Below are positions 14,076-27,814 of a stretch of 64,000 nucleotides of DNA, piece by piece. The notes below the pieces were generated by a model that saw only the letters and a list, made by a program, of their open reading frames with translations, was not told the DNA's origin and did no database searches. Each line of letters begins with the position of its first letter. Position 1 is the first letter of the stretch. A program made the translations under genes and the position numbers. Origin of the DNA: Mobula hypostoma (taxonomy: Eukaryota); NCBI RefSeq assembly GCF_963921235.1, contig NC_086097.1, positions 15,624,001-15,688,000 on the forward strand, in the 5' to 3' direction.

Positions 14076-14449
14076 TGTTTCTAAGTTGTAAAGTAGAGCC
14101 TCTTAATACTCTTCACCAACCACTGCACTCACTTGCCCCAGTTCCCCACTGCCCCCAATATGTCCAACCAACTAGTTGTAAAGGTTGAACTAGATTTGCA
14201 GAGCACACCGTAAATTTGGGTGCACAGATTATTCCATACAGTCTAGTTTACTTTGGTAGTGGCTTACACAGCAAACATCAGAATAGACTGGCTCCTTTCC
14301 ATTAGTTAATTTTAGTTTAATACAAAGTCAGGTCTGATGAGCTAACATGTAAAAGCAACAACATATCAGATGCTGCAATTTAAACAAGCCTTTCCAGAGA
14401 GACAAAGTGTGGAGTCCTAAACTGCCAAGATCCACAAACTGGTTGTGGG

Positions 14450-14847
14450 AATTCACGCCAATTGGTGCTCTGTAATTTAAACCAGCTGTCAGAAACATAC
14501 AGGCCCCATTTGCATTTTTAAGCGTGCTTCAAGAGCAAAGTGTTCATTTTTAGCATTCTTTGCTCTATTGGCTTAATGCTGAGTTAGAAGGGAACTCGGA
14601 CGAAGCCAAGTGCCGCTTACTCCTGGACTAGTACCTCCGAGATCTGGGGGGCAAAAACTGTGAGGAGCGGGAGGGGGGGGGGGTTCCATCTGCTTTCCTC
14701 AAGTTCAGATCCAGCCGCTGCGCAAAGCTCAGAGGGGCTCGTTAAAAGAGAAAAAGGGAAGTATAAGCTGTTCGTCCAAGCCACATCAGTTCTTGGGATT
14801 TTGAGTCCACTTTTCAGGAACATTCAACAGTTGGAACAGAAGATCAG
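14450..14847 (+). promoter_or_regulatory. Candidate promoter and non-coding first exon of the fibulin gene
   Basis: Repeat-free, locally GC/CpG-enriched stretch with CCAAT/ATTGG boxes (about 14458 and 14567) and a G-rich tract at about 14666-14683. Ends in a good donor CAG|gtaggt at 14847/8. The ATG exon begins with an acceptor, so an upstream exon is required. Confidence 0.35.
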
Positions 14848-16502
14848 GTAGGTTTAATCCATAAAGCTACAAAGAAGTACTTTATCCAGCTAAACCCAGG
14901 AAAATCAGCAGAGCTTAAGCTCATTTTCTTTGGAAAACAATGTAATATATTGAACATTGATGGAAATTTTAATGCAAAACCAGGGTGCAATGGTTTGTTG
15001 ATATATATCAGACACAAAATAATCACCCTGAGCAGTGTTTTAATGCTGGAAATGACAAGTTACAGGATAGCTGTCATGAAGATTGTACTACTCACTAAAG
15101 GATGGTAGCCATTATTTATTGGCATCTTTGGCAATGTTTTTAAGATAGTCATCTCCGCAGTGCTTCTGGTGAAGGTACACCCACACTGCGGTTGTGGAGG
15201 GAGTCCCAGAAATTGGTTCCCATGACAACGAAGGATTAATTTTCTTCTTTCATTTCAGGAAAGTGTGTGAGTAGGAGGGAAACTGCAGGTGTCTATGCTC
15301 CTGGTTGCCTCCAACCTTTGATCTTCAAGTTGAAAGAAGGTCACAGGATCTGAAAGAACTAGAGGAAAGAAATTAGAGAAACTTTAATTTTGGCAAACGC
15401 AATCTTATTTCCAGTTAAAGCCAAAGATTTATGATACTTTTGTTACAAAATCATTCTCCTGAACCAACCATAATTTATACTGAATTAGCTGTTCAACAGA
15501 CCATAAATCATTCCAGACCTTATTTAAAGATGTCATCCACTTGTTAAATGTTTTGCCACTAAATTAGGCCTTTTTGAATAATAAACTTGCTTTATCTGGG
15601 CTATTATTTGACCTTGACGTCATTTTCTGTTTGATTAAAGATTGTCAGTGAACAGAAAGGACGTAGAGATCCCAGGAGGTTTAACCTCCTTCAACACTTC
15701 CATCTACACTTGGGAAGTCAGGATAAATTAGATCAAAGGTTATCCCCAGAGCCTACAATTTGTACAATGTGTCTTCTTAGTCGTCAGTCATTGTATGTGT
15801 ATAGTTTTCATAATTCGATTGTATTTCTTTATTTTCCTGTAAATGCCTGTAAGAAAAATAATCTCAAGGTACTATATGGTAACATACATACATATTTTGA
15901 TAATAAATTTACTTTGACGTAGGACCCTAACAATAATTTTTTTTGGCATTGAGAGTTGTGTCTTTGTGAACCTGGTCATCTTTGTGATATCCTGTAATGA
16001 GTTGGTAGGGAATACTTTCCTTACACTGTGTTAGTTTGGAAGTATTCCCATCATCCTCCTGTAAATGTTTATGGTCATTTTGATTTCGATCCCTGACTCG
16101 TCTCACTCCTAAACACATTTCTGCCTGTTTATTCAAAAATGGTAAACATATTAATTATCTTTCTGGCCCTATCTCTGGTATAGATAAGCTGTGAGAGACT
16201 CCACATACAAATTTTCAAACACTTTATTCTTTAAAAAAAGTCATTCTGTTAAAAAGCACTATTTTCTGTGAATTTGGAACAGTAGGATTCAGGTGGAACA
16301 GAACAAATCCCTCCACACTTCCTTGCACATGGTCACAGTTGGAACCTGATCGGAGATGGAATTGATTTAGCTAGCCCAGCATCTCACATTGGTTAACCTG
16401 CTCGGCCATCTAAAGCAAACTGTGCACATAGATGTCCTGATCTCTCTGTTCTTGTGTCCTATTTAGCATAGCTTATATTCCCTCCTCTCATTGTTCCTAC
16501 CA

Positions 16503-17260
16503 AAGTTCAAAGTAAGTTTATTATCAAAGTACATGTATATCTTCATATACAACCCAGAGCTTCATTTTCTTGCAGGCATACTCTGAAACTCCAAGAACCA
16601 TAATAGAATCAATGATAAACCACACCCAACTGGGTGAACAACAAACTGTGCAAATGCAAATAAAAATAGAAATAATACTACTAATAAATAAATAAGCAAC
16701 ACATATCAAGAACATGACATGAAGAGTCCTTGAAAGAGACTCCATAGGTTGTGGGAACATTTCAATGATGGGGCAAGTGAAGTTGAATGGCGTTTATCCC
16801 CTTTGGTTCAAGAGCCTGATGGCTGAGGGGTAATAATGGTTTCTGAACCTGGTGATGTGAGTCCTGAAGCTCCTGTATGACCTTCATGATGGCAGCAGAG
16901 AGAAGAGGGCATGACTCAGGTGGTGGTGGTCCCTGATGATGGATACCGCTTTCCTACAACAATGATCCATGTAGATCTGCTCAATGGAGAGGAGGGCTTT
17001 ACGCATGATGGGCTGGGCTGTATTCATTATGTAGGATTTTCTGTTCAAGGACTTTGGTGTTTCCATGCCAGGCTGTGATGCAACCAGCCAACGTACTCTG
17101 CACCACACATCTGTAGAAGTTTGTCAAAGTTTTAGAGGACATATGGTATCTTCACAAACTTCCAAGGAATTAGAGGCACTGCTGTGATTTCTTCATAATT
17201 GCACTTATGTTCCAGGCCCAGGACAGGTACTTTGAAGTGATAATACCAAGGAATTTATTA
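16503..17260 (-). mobile_element. Degenerate Rex1-type LINE 3' fragment
   Basis: RKAVSIIRDHHHLSHALFSLLPS motif and an aataaa/ctttgaac tail. Similar copies lie at about 1535-1865, 19495-20250 and 47750-48200. Confidence 0.75.
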
Positions 17261-18420
17261 CCATAAGTAATAGGAGAAGAACTAAGTCATTCAGCCTATC
17301 AAATCTGCTTCATAATTCCATCATGGCTGATTTATTTTCCATCTCAACCTCATTCTCTTGCCTTCTCCTTGTAACTTTTGACAGCCTTACTAATCAAGAA
17401 CCTATTAAACTCCACTTTAAATATACCCAGTGACTTGGCCTCTACAGCCATCTGTGGCAATGAATTTCACAGTTTAATCATCTCCCTGTTAACAAATTTC
17501 CTCCTCTTCTCTGTTCTAAGGGGATGTTCTGAGCCTGTGCCTTCTGGTCATAGACTCCTCCACTATAAGAAAGCTCCTCTTCATATCTACTCTATATAGG
17601 CCTTTCAATGTTTGATAGGTTTCAGTGAGATCCCCTTCATTCTTCTAAACTCCAGCGAGTAGAGGTGCAAAGCCAAGAAACGTTCCACATACATTAATCC
17701 TTTCATTCCTAGAATAATTCTCTAGACTGTCTCCAATGCCAGCATACCTTGTCTGAGAAAAGAGGCCCAAGATGGCTCACTATACTCCAAGTGCAGTCTG
17801 ACTACATAGTCATAAGGTGGAACAACACAGTAACAGGCCTTTTGAAGTATCTGGTTCATCCTGAACTGTTATCCTGCCTCGTCCCATCAGCCCATATCTG
17901 GACCATAGCCCCTGCATTCCTTGTACTTATCTAAACTTTTCTTAAATGTTGCATTTGAATCCATATCTACCACTTCCACTGGCAGCTCATTCCACACTCG
18001 CACCATCCGCTGAGTGAAGAAGTTCCCTTTAAATATTTCACCTTTCACCCTTAACCTATGACCTCTAGTTCTAGTCTCACTGAATCTTGGTGGAAAAAGC
18101 CTGCTTGCATTTACCCTATCTGTACACCTCATAATTTGTGTACCTCTATCAAATCTTCCCTCATTCTCCTATGCTCTAGGTAATAAATTCCTAACCTGTT
18201 CAACCTTTCCCCATACATCGGGTCCTCTAACCCTGATATTGTTTCATCTGCCAGTTATCTAATCATACTGTGAAGTACATTCTCCTTGAAGTCTATTACT
18301 GTCTTCCTTATGTCGACCATGCTTCCAATTCTGTATCATCTGCACATCTGAAAACTGTTAGCCTATAAATCCAAGTCCAAGTAAACAGCTATGGTAATAG
18401 AAGCATCAATCCTTGTACCA
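17260..18420 (-). mobile_element. Two nested degenerate CR1 3' fragments
   Basis: TRTRGHRLRVKG and FFTQRMVRVWNELP motifs with CR1 3' UTR. Confidence 0.8.
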
Positions 18421-18875
18421 GACCCTGGGGAGCTCTAGTCCAATAAACAAGCTTTCATTTCTAATCTCTGTTTCCTATTTCCCATCCAATTTATTACCCA
18501 TGATGCTAAACACCCTTTTCATCCATGGTTTTCAATCCTGAGTCTATTTTTTATGGCAAGTGCATTTTAGAAGTCGAAATATCACCCTTGATCACTGTTC
18601 TTCAGCAGAGCTAGTGATGACAACCGAACCAAAACAAAATTAAGTGTGCAAAATGAAATCCTTCTCATGTGGAAACAATTCAACAAGTTGCCTTTTTTCT
18701 TTGCTTCAAGTCATGATTTTCAGTGTTGTCATGGGGCCAAAGGGATGAGAGTTTGAGGAAAGACATTCATGATCATGACAAAAATCAATATCTTCAATCA
18801 GAGATTAGTAAGTCTTTGGAAATGTCTGCCTGAGAACTTGCTCAGTTTCTCAAGAAAATCTGGGGTAGATGTTTA

Positions 18876-19120
18876 GGGGCATGGTAAAGGTGTGGTTAGC
18901 ACAATGCTTTACAGTACCAGTGACCTGGGTTCAATTCCCGCTGCTGCCTGTAAGGATGTTGTACATTCTCCCTCTGACCATGTCGGTTTCCTCCCACAGT
19001 CCAAAGATATACCTATTGTGAGGTTAATTGGTCATTGTACATTGTCCCGTGATTAGGCTAGGGTTAAATCTTGGGATTGCTGAGTGGTGCAGCTTGAAGG
19101 GCCACAGAATCTCAATAAGT
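18876..19120 (+). mobile_element. tRNA-derived SINE (V-SINE/HE1-like)
   Basis: A-box-like tggtaaaggtgtgg, B-box ggttcaattcc, body ggtttcctcccacagtccaaaga. Confidence 0.8.
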
Positions 19121-20787
19121 ACATAAATTAATTAATGGAAAAGGAGGATGTGGGATGAGTGCAGTGAGGTAAATGATCACTCATAATCGTGTGGCCTGGT
19201 GGCTCCTTCCTGCTTCTATTGTTTATATTTTTGGATCATCGTATGCTGTTTTGGACTCTTTACCTATAAAAGTTGTAATTCCCCAGAGAATGTGCAGTGA
19301 AAATTCACTAGACTGGTAGATTTTCCACAACCGGGGAGATTGAGAGATTGTATTCTCTAAAAGAGTAAAATCAATAAAATTAAGAGCTGCATAAAGACAA
19401 GGGATTTTGCAGATATTGGAAGTCTTGAACAACACACACACACAAAATGCTGGAGGGACTCAGCAAGTCAGTCAGTATATGGAGAGAAATAAAAAATGTT
19501 CAAAGTAAATTTATTGTCGAAGTGTGTATATGTCACCATATACAACCCTGAGATTCATTTTCTTGTGGGCATTCACAGTAAATATAAGGAAACAAATAAA
19601 TAATAATAAATAACCAATAAGTTTTGAGAACATGAGTTGAGCGCTTGAAAGTGAGTCCATACATTGTGGGAATAGTTTTGTGATGGGTTGAGTGAAGTTA
19701 TCCTCTCTGTTCAGGAGCCTGATGGTTAAGAGGTAATAACTGTCCCTGAACTTAGTGGTGTGGATCCTAAGGCTCCTGTACCTCCTTCCTGATGGCAGCA
19801 GTGAGCTGATGTCATGGTCTGGGTGGTGGGGGTCTCTGATGATGGATGCTGCTTTCCTGTGACAGAGTTCCATGTTGATGTGCTCATTGGAGGGGAGGGC
19901 TTTACCCATCATAGACTGGGCTGTATTCACTACTTTTTGTTCGATTTTCCATTCAAGGACATTGGTGTTTCCATATTAGCACGTGATGAAACCAGTGAAT
20001 ATAATCTCCCCTGCACCTTGGCAAACTTCTAAGAAAGTAGAGGTACTGCCGTGTTTTCTATGTAATGGCTCTTATGTGCTTGTCCCCAGACAGATCCTTG
20101 GGAATGATAACACCAACGACCATAAAATTGCTGAGTTTCTATATCTCTAATCCTCAATGAGGACTGTCTTATGAACCTCCGGATTCCTCTTCCTGTAGTC
20201 AAAAATGATCTTTTTGATCTTGCTGACATGGAGTGAGAGATTGTTGTTGTGAGGTGTGGTGGGGGTATATGGAAGAGGTACTGTACACCTTCCCCCTTGA
20301 TTGTTTATTCTGAGGCTGTGCCCACAAGAAACATCCTCTCCACATCCACTCTATTGAGACCTTTCAACATTCGATAGCTTTCAATGAGGTCAATCTTCTT
20401 TCTTCTGAATTCAAGTGAGTAGACGCCCATTCAATAGGTTTCAATGAGGTCATCTTCATTCTTCTGAATTCCAGTGAGTAGACGTCCAGAGCCATCAAAG
20501 GTGGTAAGTCGTGAAGTGAAGCAATAGAGAGATTTGAAAGGGAGTATGTGTTGTAGGAAAAATCAGGTGGTGACTTGCTTGCTTTTGGGAGGGAACAAGA
20601 GTCATGGAGTGCAAACACACTAGTTATTAAAAGTTGTACACAGGCTAGCAAAGTCACAAACAACACAAAACCAATAATAGTGTTTGTTTCTTGAATTGAA
20701 AACGAGGGAAGTTATGTTACTGAAAATATGGGATTTTAGATCGCAATTTAGAGTGCTACATCTAGTTCTGCTCACTGCATTATCAGA

Positions 20788-21068
20788 GCGGCATGGTATT
20801 GTACTGGTTAGCACAACGCTTTATAGTACCGGGGACCCAGATTCAATTCCCACTGCTGCCTGTAAGGAGTTTGTATGTTCTCTCCGTGACCGTGTGGCTT
20901 TCCTCTGGGTGCTCCAGTTTCCTCCCACATTCCAAAGTTGCACCCGTTGGTAGGTTAATTGGTAATCGTAAACTGTGCTGTGATTAGGCTAGGATTAAAA
21001 TAGGGGGTTGCTGGGCAACACGGCTCGGAGGGCTGGAAGAGCCTGTTCCACACTGTATCTCAATAAAA
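20788..21068 (+). mobile_element. tRNA-derived SINE (V-SINE/HE1-like)
   Basis: Same family as 18876-19120, with ggagtttgtatgttctc...gtttcctcccacattccaaag core and ctgtatctcaataaaa end. Confidence 0.85.
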
Positions 21069-22011
21069 TGCAGTGGGTACGGAAAAGAAGGTAACCAGAA
21101 ATGTAAAAGATAAGCAAGAAGGGAATCAATACAATGCAGATGATTCAAGTGATGATGCATTTGAAAGATAGACTGCAGAGAACGTGAGGTGTGGGGGGGG
21201 GGTGCAGGCAGGAAAGGGTGGAAACGAGCACACCATCAATACTCGTTGTTGATCTTTTACATTTCTGGCTACCTTCTTTGTGCATCCTCTCTGTGCCCTC
21301 ACCATTACTTTTATTTCTTTCTTAATAATCCAGTGAGGAGAACTATATGTGGTCCTCTAAAATGCAATCTAAATAAGGAATTCAGAAGAAACTTCTTTAT
21401 CCTAAGAATAGTGAAAATGGGGAATTGATTTTCACAGGGAGTGGTTAAAATGAATTGTACAGATGGACAAACAGAGAATGGAGAAAGGATCAAATATTTC
21501 AATGAGGAAATGTAGTAGAAGTTTCAAGTGGACCATACAATGGTCAGACAGGTTGTATATGTACCATTTTAGAATATTTGATTAAAGTGAAGGCAGTACA
21601 TTGGATTGTTAATTAGAGGAACATTTTGAAGTAATCTATATGGATCTAAACAAAAAACACAAGAAAGTCTGCTGATGCTGGAAATCCAGAGAGACGTACA
21701 CAAAATGCTGGAGGAGCTCAGCAGATCAGGCAGCATTTATGGAAAAGAATAAACAGTCGAAATTTCGGACCAAGACCCTTTATCAGTACTGAGAAAGAAG
21801 GGATAAGATGTTCCCCTTCCTTTTCAGTCCTTGGAAAGCCTCATACTAAACAAGGTTTTTGACAAATTCCAAAACATCAGGATGGTCAAAAAAGTAAAAC
21901 CAATGATATCCAAAAGAAAGGATATAAAGGATATAAAGAAAGAAAATAATTGGGTCCAAATTTTGCTCAGGAATGAAAGAATGCATTATTGTACATTAAA
22001 GGCAAAAATTG

Positions 22012-22585
22012 ATCTAATAAGGCATTGGTGAGGCTAGATTTGGAGTATTGTGTGCAGTTTTGATCACCAAATTACAGGAAGGATATTAATAAGGTTGAAA
22101 GAGTGCAGAGAAGGTTTACAAGGATGTTGCCGGGACTTGAGAAACTCAGTTACAGAGAAAGGTTGAATAGGTTAGGACTTTATTCCCTGGAGTGTAGAAG
22201 AATGAGGGGCGATTTGATAGAGGTATATAAAATTATGATGGGTATAGATAGAGTGAATGCAAGCAGGCTTTTTCCACTGAGGCTAGGGGAGAAAAAAAAC
22301 CAGAGGACATGGGTTAAGGGTGAAGGGGGAAAAGTTTAAAGGGAACATTAGTGAGGGGCTTCTTCACACAGAGAGTGGTGGGAGTGTAGAATGAGCTGCC
22401 AGATGAAGTGGTAAATGTGGGCTCACTTTTAGCATTTAAGAAAAACTTGGACAGGTACACGGATGAGAGCTGTATGGAGGGATATTGTCCAGGTGCAGGT
22501 CAGTGGGACTAGGCAGAAAAATGGTTCAGTACAGCCAAGTAGGGCCAAAAGGCCTGTTTCTGTGCTGTAATGTTCTGTGGTTCTA
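22012..22585 (+). mobile_element. CR1 LINE 3' fragment
   Basis: QRRFTRMLPGL...RMRGDLIEVYKIM motifs plus CR1 3' UTR. Confidence 0.9.
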
Positions 22586-23936
22586 AGTTACATAGCTCTA
22601 GAGAAATGGGACTGATGAGATGTATGCAATGAACTGGCGTGGAGCCAAAGGACCAAATGGACTCTCATTGTGCAGTGATAAGTAATTGATAACTTCTGAA
22701 CAGAACAGAACAGTAGGAGTAAGAGAAATGTAATCTTAAAATTAGAGCCAGGGAAATCCAGAGTGTAATCAGAAACACCTTAGCAAAAAGGATTTGTAGA
22801 AATTTAGAACTCTGCTCCTGCAAAGAACAAAGGACCAGGTCCTATGTATGTTGGGAGCATTCCTGTGGTATTGTGGGTCCCATTCAGTTCTGTGATAAAA
22901 CACACCTTCAGAAAAGGAGAGACAATTGAATGAACAGATACCTAAGAACAGGGTTAACATTTAGATAGCCATTCTCCTTCTTTCTAAGCCCTTCAGCCCT
23001 ACTGGGGCATAGGCTGCCAAAAGCAGCTGAACAGGCCTAGGCCAGCCTTCAAGTCCAGGTGTAGGCCATCTACAGGTCTTCGAGGTGAAGGTCCTTCCTT
23101 TCACAGGGAAGAGGTCTTTGGAGCTTCCGTGGACGTCTCTGTAGCACTGCGTTCTCATGGGATGGGGTTGCTATCTCTATGCTCAATGCTGCTCCATTTG
23201 CAACCAGACTTGAGACCATCCGTGGCAGAGGTTTTAGATAGTCATAGGGTCAAAGAATCATTATAGATGATCATGTCCAAGTTGGCTTTTCCTCAGTCCA
23301 GATAAAGACAATGAAACAGCATAAAGAACATGGGCTGCAAGTGTGGTGCCTTGGATGGTGTGTGATAACGATACTGAATATACAACGTGAGAGTATAAAA
23401 ATATCTTTGTGTTTTAGGCTGACTAAAATCTGTACCCTATCAGCGAATGACATAGCACTAAATTGACCTAAACTGAACATTCCTACACTGATTCAAAGAC
23501 TTTGTGGCTTGATGTTTAATAATCTGTGTGTTACTCGCTCATTTTTTTTTGCCTTTTGCACAATTCATTCTTTTTTTCTGCGCATTGAGTGTTTGATGTT
23601 TTCTTTGAATGGATTCCATGATGTTTCTTTCGCTGCCTCTGAGAAGACCAATCTTCGGTTTGTATACTTCATACATACTTTGATAATAAATATATCTTGA
23701 ATCTGTGAATTTTCATCGTCAGTAGGCAAAAACACTTTGCAGGAAAGCATAGCAATACAAACATATATTCAAGTTCAAGTTTAATCAACATTCAAGCATA
23801 TACATAAATACCGTCAAATAAAACAGTGTTCCTCCATATATATATATATATATAATGCATGATGTTGTCCCAGAGCCACATTTCTGCAAGAACAAGACCA
23901 TAGCAGTCCTCATCACATGCTAGTGCAGCTGCAGAT

Positions 23937-26900
23937 CATAGTCATAGTCATACTTTATTAATCCCGGGGGAAATTGCTTTTTGTTTACTCCATAAATAAT
24001 AAATAGTAATAGAACCATAAATAGTTAAATAGTAATATGTAAATTATGCCAGGAAATTATGAAGTAAGTCCAGGACCAGCCTACTTGCTCAGGGTGTCTG
24101 ACCCTCCAAGGGAGGAAGTGTAAAGATTGATGGCCACAGGCAGGAATGACTTCCTGTGACGCTCTGTGCTGCATCTCGGTGGAATGAGTCTCTGGCTGAA
24201 TGTACTCCTGTGCCCACCCAGTACATTATGTAGTGGATGGGAGACATTGACCAAGATGGCATGCAACTTGGACAGCATCCTCTTTTCAGACACCACCGTC
24301 AGAGAGTTCGGTTCCATCCCCACAACATCACTGGACTTACAAATGAGTTTGTTGATTCTGTTGGTGTCTGCCACCCTCAGCCTGTTGCCCCAACACACAA
24401 CAGCAAACATGATCGTACTGGCCACCACAGACTCATAGAACATCCTCAGCATTATCCGGCAGATGTTAAAGGACCTCAGTCTCCTCAGGAAATAGAGACG
24501 GCTCTGATCCTTCTTGTAGACAGCCTCAGTGTTCTTTGACCACTCCAGTTTATTGTCAATTCGTATTCCCAGGTATTTGTAATCCTCTACCATGTCCACA
24601 CTGAACCCCTGGATGGAAACAGGGGTCACCAGTACCTTAGCTCTCCTCAGGTCTACCACCAGCTCCTTAGTCTTTTTCACATTAAGCTGCAGATAATTCT
24701 GCTCACACCATGTGACAAAGTTTCCTACTGTAGCCCTGTACTCAGCCTCATCTCCTTTGCTGATGCATCCAACTATGGCAGAGTCATCAGAAAACTTCTG
24801 ACGATGACAAGACTCTGTGCAGTAGTTGAAGTCCGAGGTGCAAATGGTGAAGAGAAAGGGAGACAAGACAGTCCCCTGTGGAGCCCCAGTGCTGCTGATC
24901 ACTCTGTCGGACACATAGTGTTGCAAGCACACGTACTGTGGTCTGCCAGTCAGGTAATCAAGAATCCATGACACCAGGGAAGCATCCACCTGCATCGCTG
25001 TCAGCTTCTCCCCCAGCAGAGCAGGGCGGATGGTGTTGAACGCACTAGAGAAGTCAAAAAACATGACCCTCACAGTGCTCGCTGGCTTGTCCAGGTGGGC
25101 GTAGACATGGTTCAGCAGGAAGACGATGGCATCCTCAACTCCTAGTCGGTGCTGGTAGGCGAACTGGAGGGGATCTAAGTGTGGCCGGACCATAGGCCGG
25201 AGCAGCTCCAGAACAAGTCTCTCCAGGGTCTTCATGATGTGGGAGGTCAATGCCACCGGTCTGTAGTCATTGAGGCCGCTGGGGCGCGGCGTCTTCGGCA
25301 CAGGGACGAGGCAGGACGTCTTCCACATGGAACCCTCCAGAGCGTCAGACTCAGGTTGAATACATGGTGAAGTACTCCACATACCTGAGGGGCACAGGCT
25401 TTGAGCACCCTGGTACTGACACCATCCGGTCCTGCAGCCTTGCTTGGGTTGAGACATTTCAGTTGCCTTCTCACCTGTAGAGCTGTGAAGCCCACCGTGG
25501 TGGTTTCGTGTGGGGAAGGGGTATAGTCATGAGACCAGGGTGGGGGACTGTGAGGAGGGGTAGGAGGGGAGAGTGGAATATGTGTTGGTTGGGGGCCGAC
25601 AACGGATGGCTCATGTGTGGGATGGGCAGGGGCCACACTGTCAAAACTGTTAAAGAACAGGCTAAGTTCATTGGCCCTGTCCACACTGCCTTCCGCTCCT
25701 CTGTTGCTAGTTTGCCGGAACATAGTGATGGTCCTCATCCCCCTCCAGACCTCTCTCATGTTGTTCTGCTGGAGTTTCCACTCAAGCTTCCTCCTGTACC
25801 TGTCTGTAGCCTCCCTGATCCTGGCTTTCAGGTCCCTCTGTATTGCCCTCAGCTCCTCCCTATTTCCATCTCTAAACGCACTCTTTTTAGCGTTCAGGAT
25901 GTCCTTAATGTCCTTTGTCACCCATGGCCTGTTATTTGAATAACAAAGGACAGTTCTTGCTGGAACATTGCAGTCCACACAGAAGTTGATGTAATCAGTG
26001 ATGCACTCTGTGAGCCCATCAGTATCCTCTCCATGTGGCTCACAGAGTGCCTGCCAGTCTGTCACTTCAAAACAACTCTGGAGCGCCTGATAAGCCTCCT
26101 CCGACCATTTCCTCACTGTCCTCAAGGTTGCAGGTTTACTCTTCACCAGAGGCACGTAGCAGGGTTTTAGATGCACCAGGTTGTGATCTGACCTTCCCAA
26201 TGGGGGGAGGGGAGAGAAGCTGTATGCATCCTTAACGTTAGTGTACATCAAATCCAGAGTACTCTGCCCTCTGGTTGTACAGCTCACATACTGTGTGAAG
26301 TTGGGCAGTGTTCTAGCCATGGTAACCTGGTTGAAGTCACCCAAGATGATAATGAGGGCACTCAGGTGCTGGGTTTGTAATCTGGCTATGACGGTGTAAA
26401 TGATGTTACACGCCGACGTCGGGTTGACAGGGAGGGATGTACACAGCAACCACAATTGCATGCGAGATTTCCCTTGGCAAATAATATGGCCGGAGTCCAA
26501 CAGCAAAAAGTTCAATATCCGGGCTACAGACCCGTTCCTTGATCGTAATATGCCCAGGATTGCACCATCTGTTATTTACCAGAACGGCCAGCCCCCCTCC
26601 TTTACGCTTACCGCTCTCCGTGCAATTCCGGATGAACATAATCCAGCTTGTCTTCCACCAAGCAAACTCTAGAGGGCAGCACTGATTGGATGGGCAGCCA
26701 TAAACCCTGCCCAGACTTTGGTTCTCACTCACACTGCCTCTGGCATCTCTTCTCTCAGTGGGGTTGCAACAGGAAATCTCGCAGCTTGAGGGCCTGGTCC
26801 ACACAACAACTGAGGCCACACAGCTTCCTTGCCATTGGTCTTGTCAATGAACCAATGAAGTGGACTTGCAGTATTCTACATTACCAATGTTCAACTGGGA

Positions 26901-27205
26901 GAACATCATGCGATCACCAGAAAAATATCCAAGACAATTAATTACACCGTTTGTTAGACCGTACACTGCCTCTGAGGCCTTCCTCCTTGGGTGGTTGTAG
27001 CAGGCAACAGCTCATCGTGCAACAAGTCCAGCTCCACTGCCATCAAGCAACTTGCCAGTGGGACAGATCTCTGCAGCACTTGATGTTTTCAATTTCCAGC
27101 AGCGTCTTGCGATCGCAAAGAAGACTCGAAGGATGAGCAATTGCACCTTTGTTTGGACCCGGAGAGGCTGCTGTGACCGAGTGTGCCGCCATCTTACCGG
27201 AACCA
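23937..27205 (-). mobile_element. Near full-length Rex1/Babar-type LINE (APE endonuclease plus RT)
   Basis: ORFs 26406-26819 (KGGGLAVLVN, VYIPP), 25247-26515 (GDFN, TLDL, SDH, KAAGPDG) and 24081-25457 (DYRPVAL, FFDFSSAFNTI, GAPQGTVLSP, KFSDD). 3' end cgggattaataaag(tatgac)n. An AAGATGGCG 5' motif lies at about 27190. The segment 26640-27205 is less certain. Confidence 0.93.
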
Positions 27206-27814
27206 AACTCTGCATATCTAAGCCTTTCTCTCTTTTTGACCTCACAACCATCCAGTTTTGATAGAAGCATGATGTCAGTACAAGATGGTCTGGGGAGATG
27301 AGGTATTATTTAGGCAATGTGGATTTGAATAAAAAATATTTAGATCTCAGTTTATTTTTCTGCTAATGTCAACTACCATGGGCCACATGCTTATTTACAT
27401 CTCCGTGGGAGAAAAAAGATTTAATAAACTTTATTAAATTAACCAAGGAAGCATGTAAGACTAAATTACTGGAGCTAAACCTTCACAGCTGCATCCTCAT
27501 GGGATATCACATAAAAATCTGGATTCTTCAAACCTGTCGACAGTTATCTGATATTTCACTGTGTTTCATAAATCAGCCTTGAGTTTTCCAAGTGATGCAT
27601 TTTCAAGCAAGCTTATAGCAAGCAAAAATAACAAGCAGAGGGATCTGTTCATTCCTATAGTTATTGTGGTCAACTTGAGTCGCATTAGCTGAATTTTAAT
27701 GCAGAATTTTGATCCAACGAACTGAATATAATGTACTTCCAGACAGTGATTAAACCCATCACAAAAATTGCCAACTGTACACATTTCTTTCAGAATTTTG
27801 TATGGAGTGGATCC

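Noticed and set aside
18876..18945. tRNA-like A/B boxes (also at about 20788-20855)
   Set aside because: These are SINE heads followed by SINE body; there is no complete cloverleaf.
24166..26235. Multiple + strand ORFs of 60-143 aa
   Set aside because: Antisense shadows of the Rex1 coding region. The same applies to most ORFs opposite CR1 and Penelope copies.
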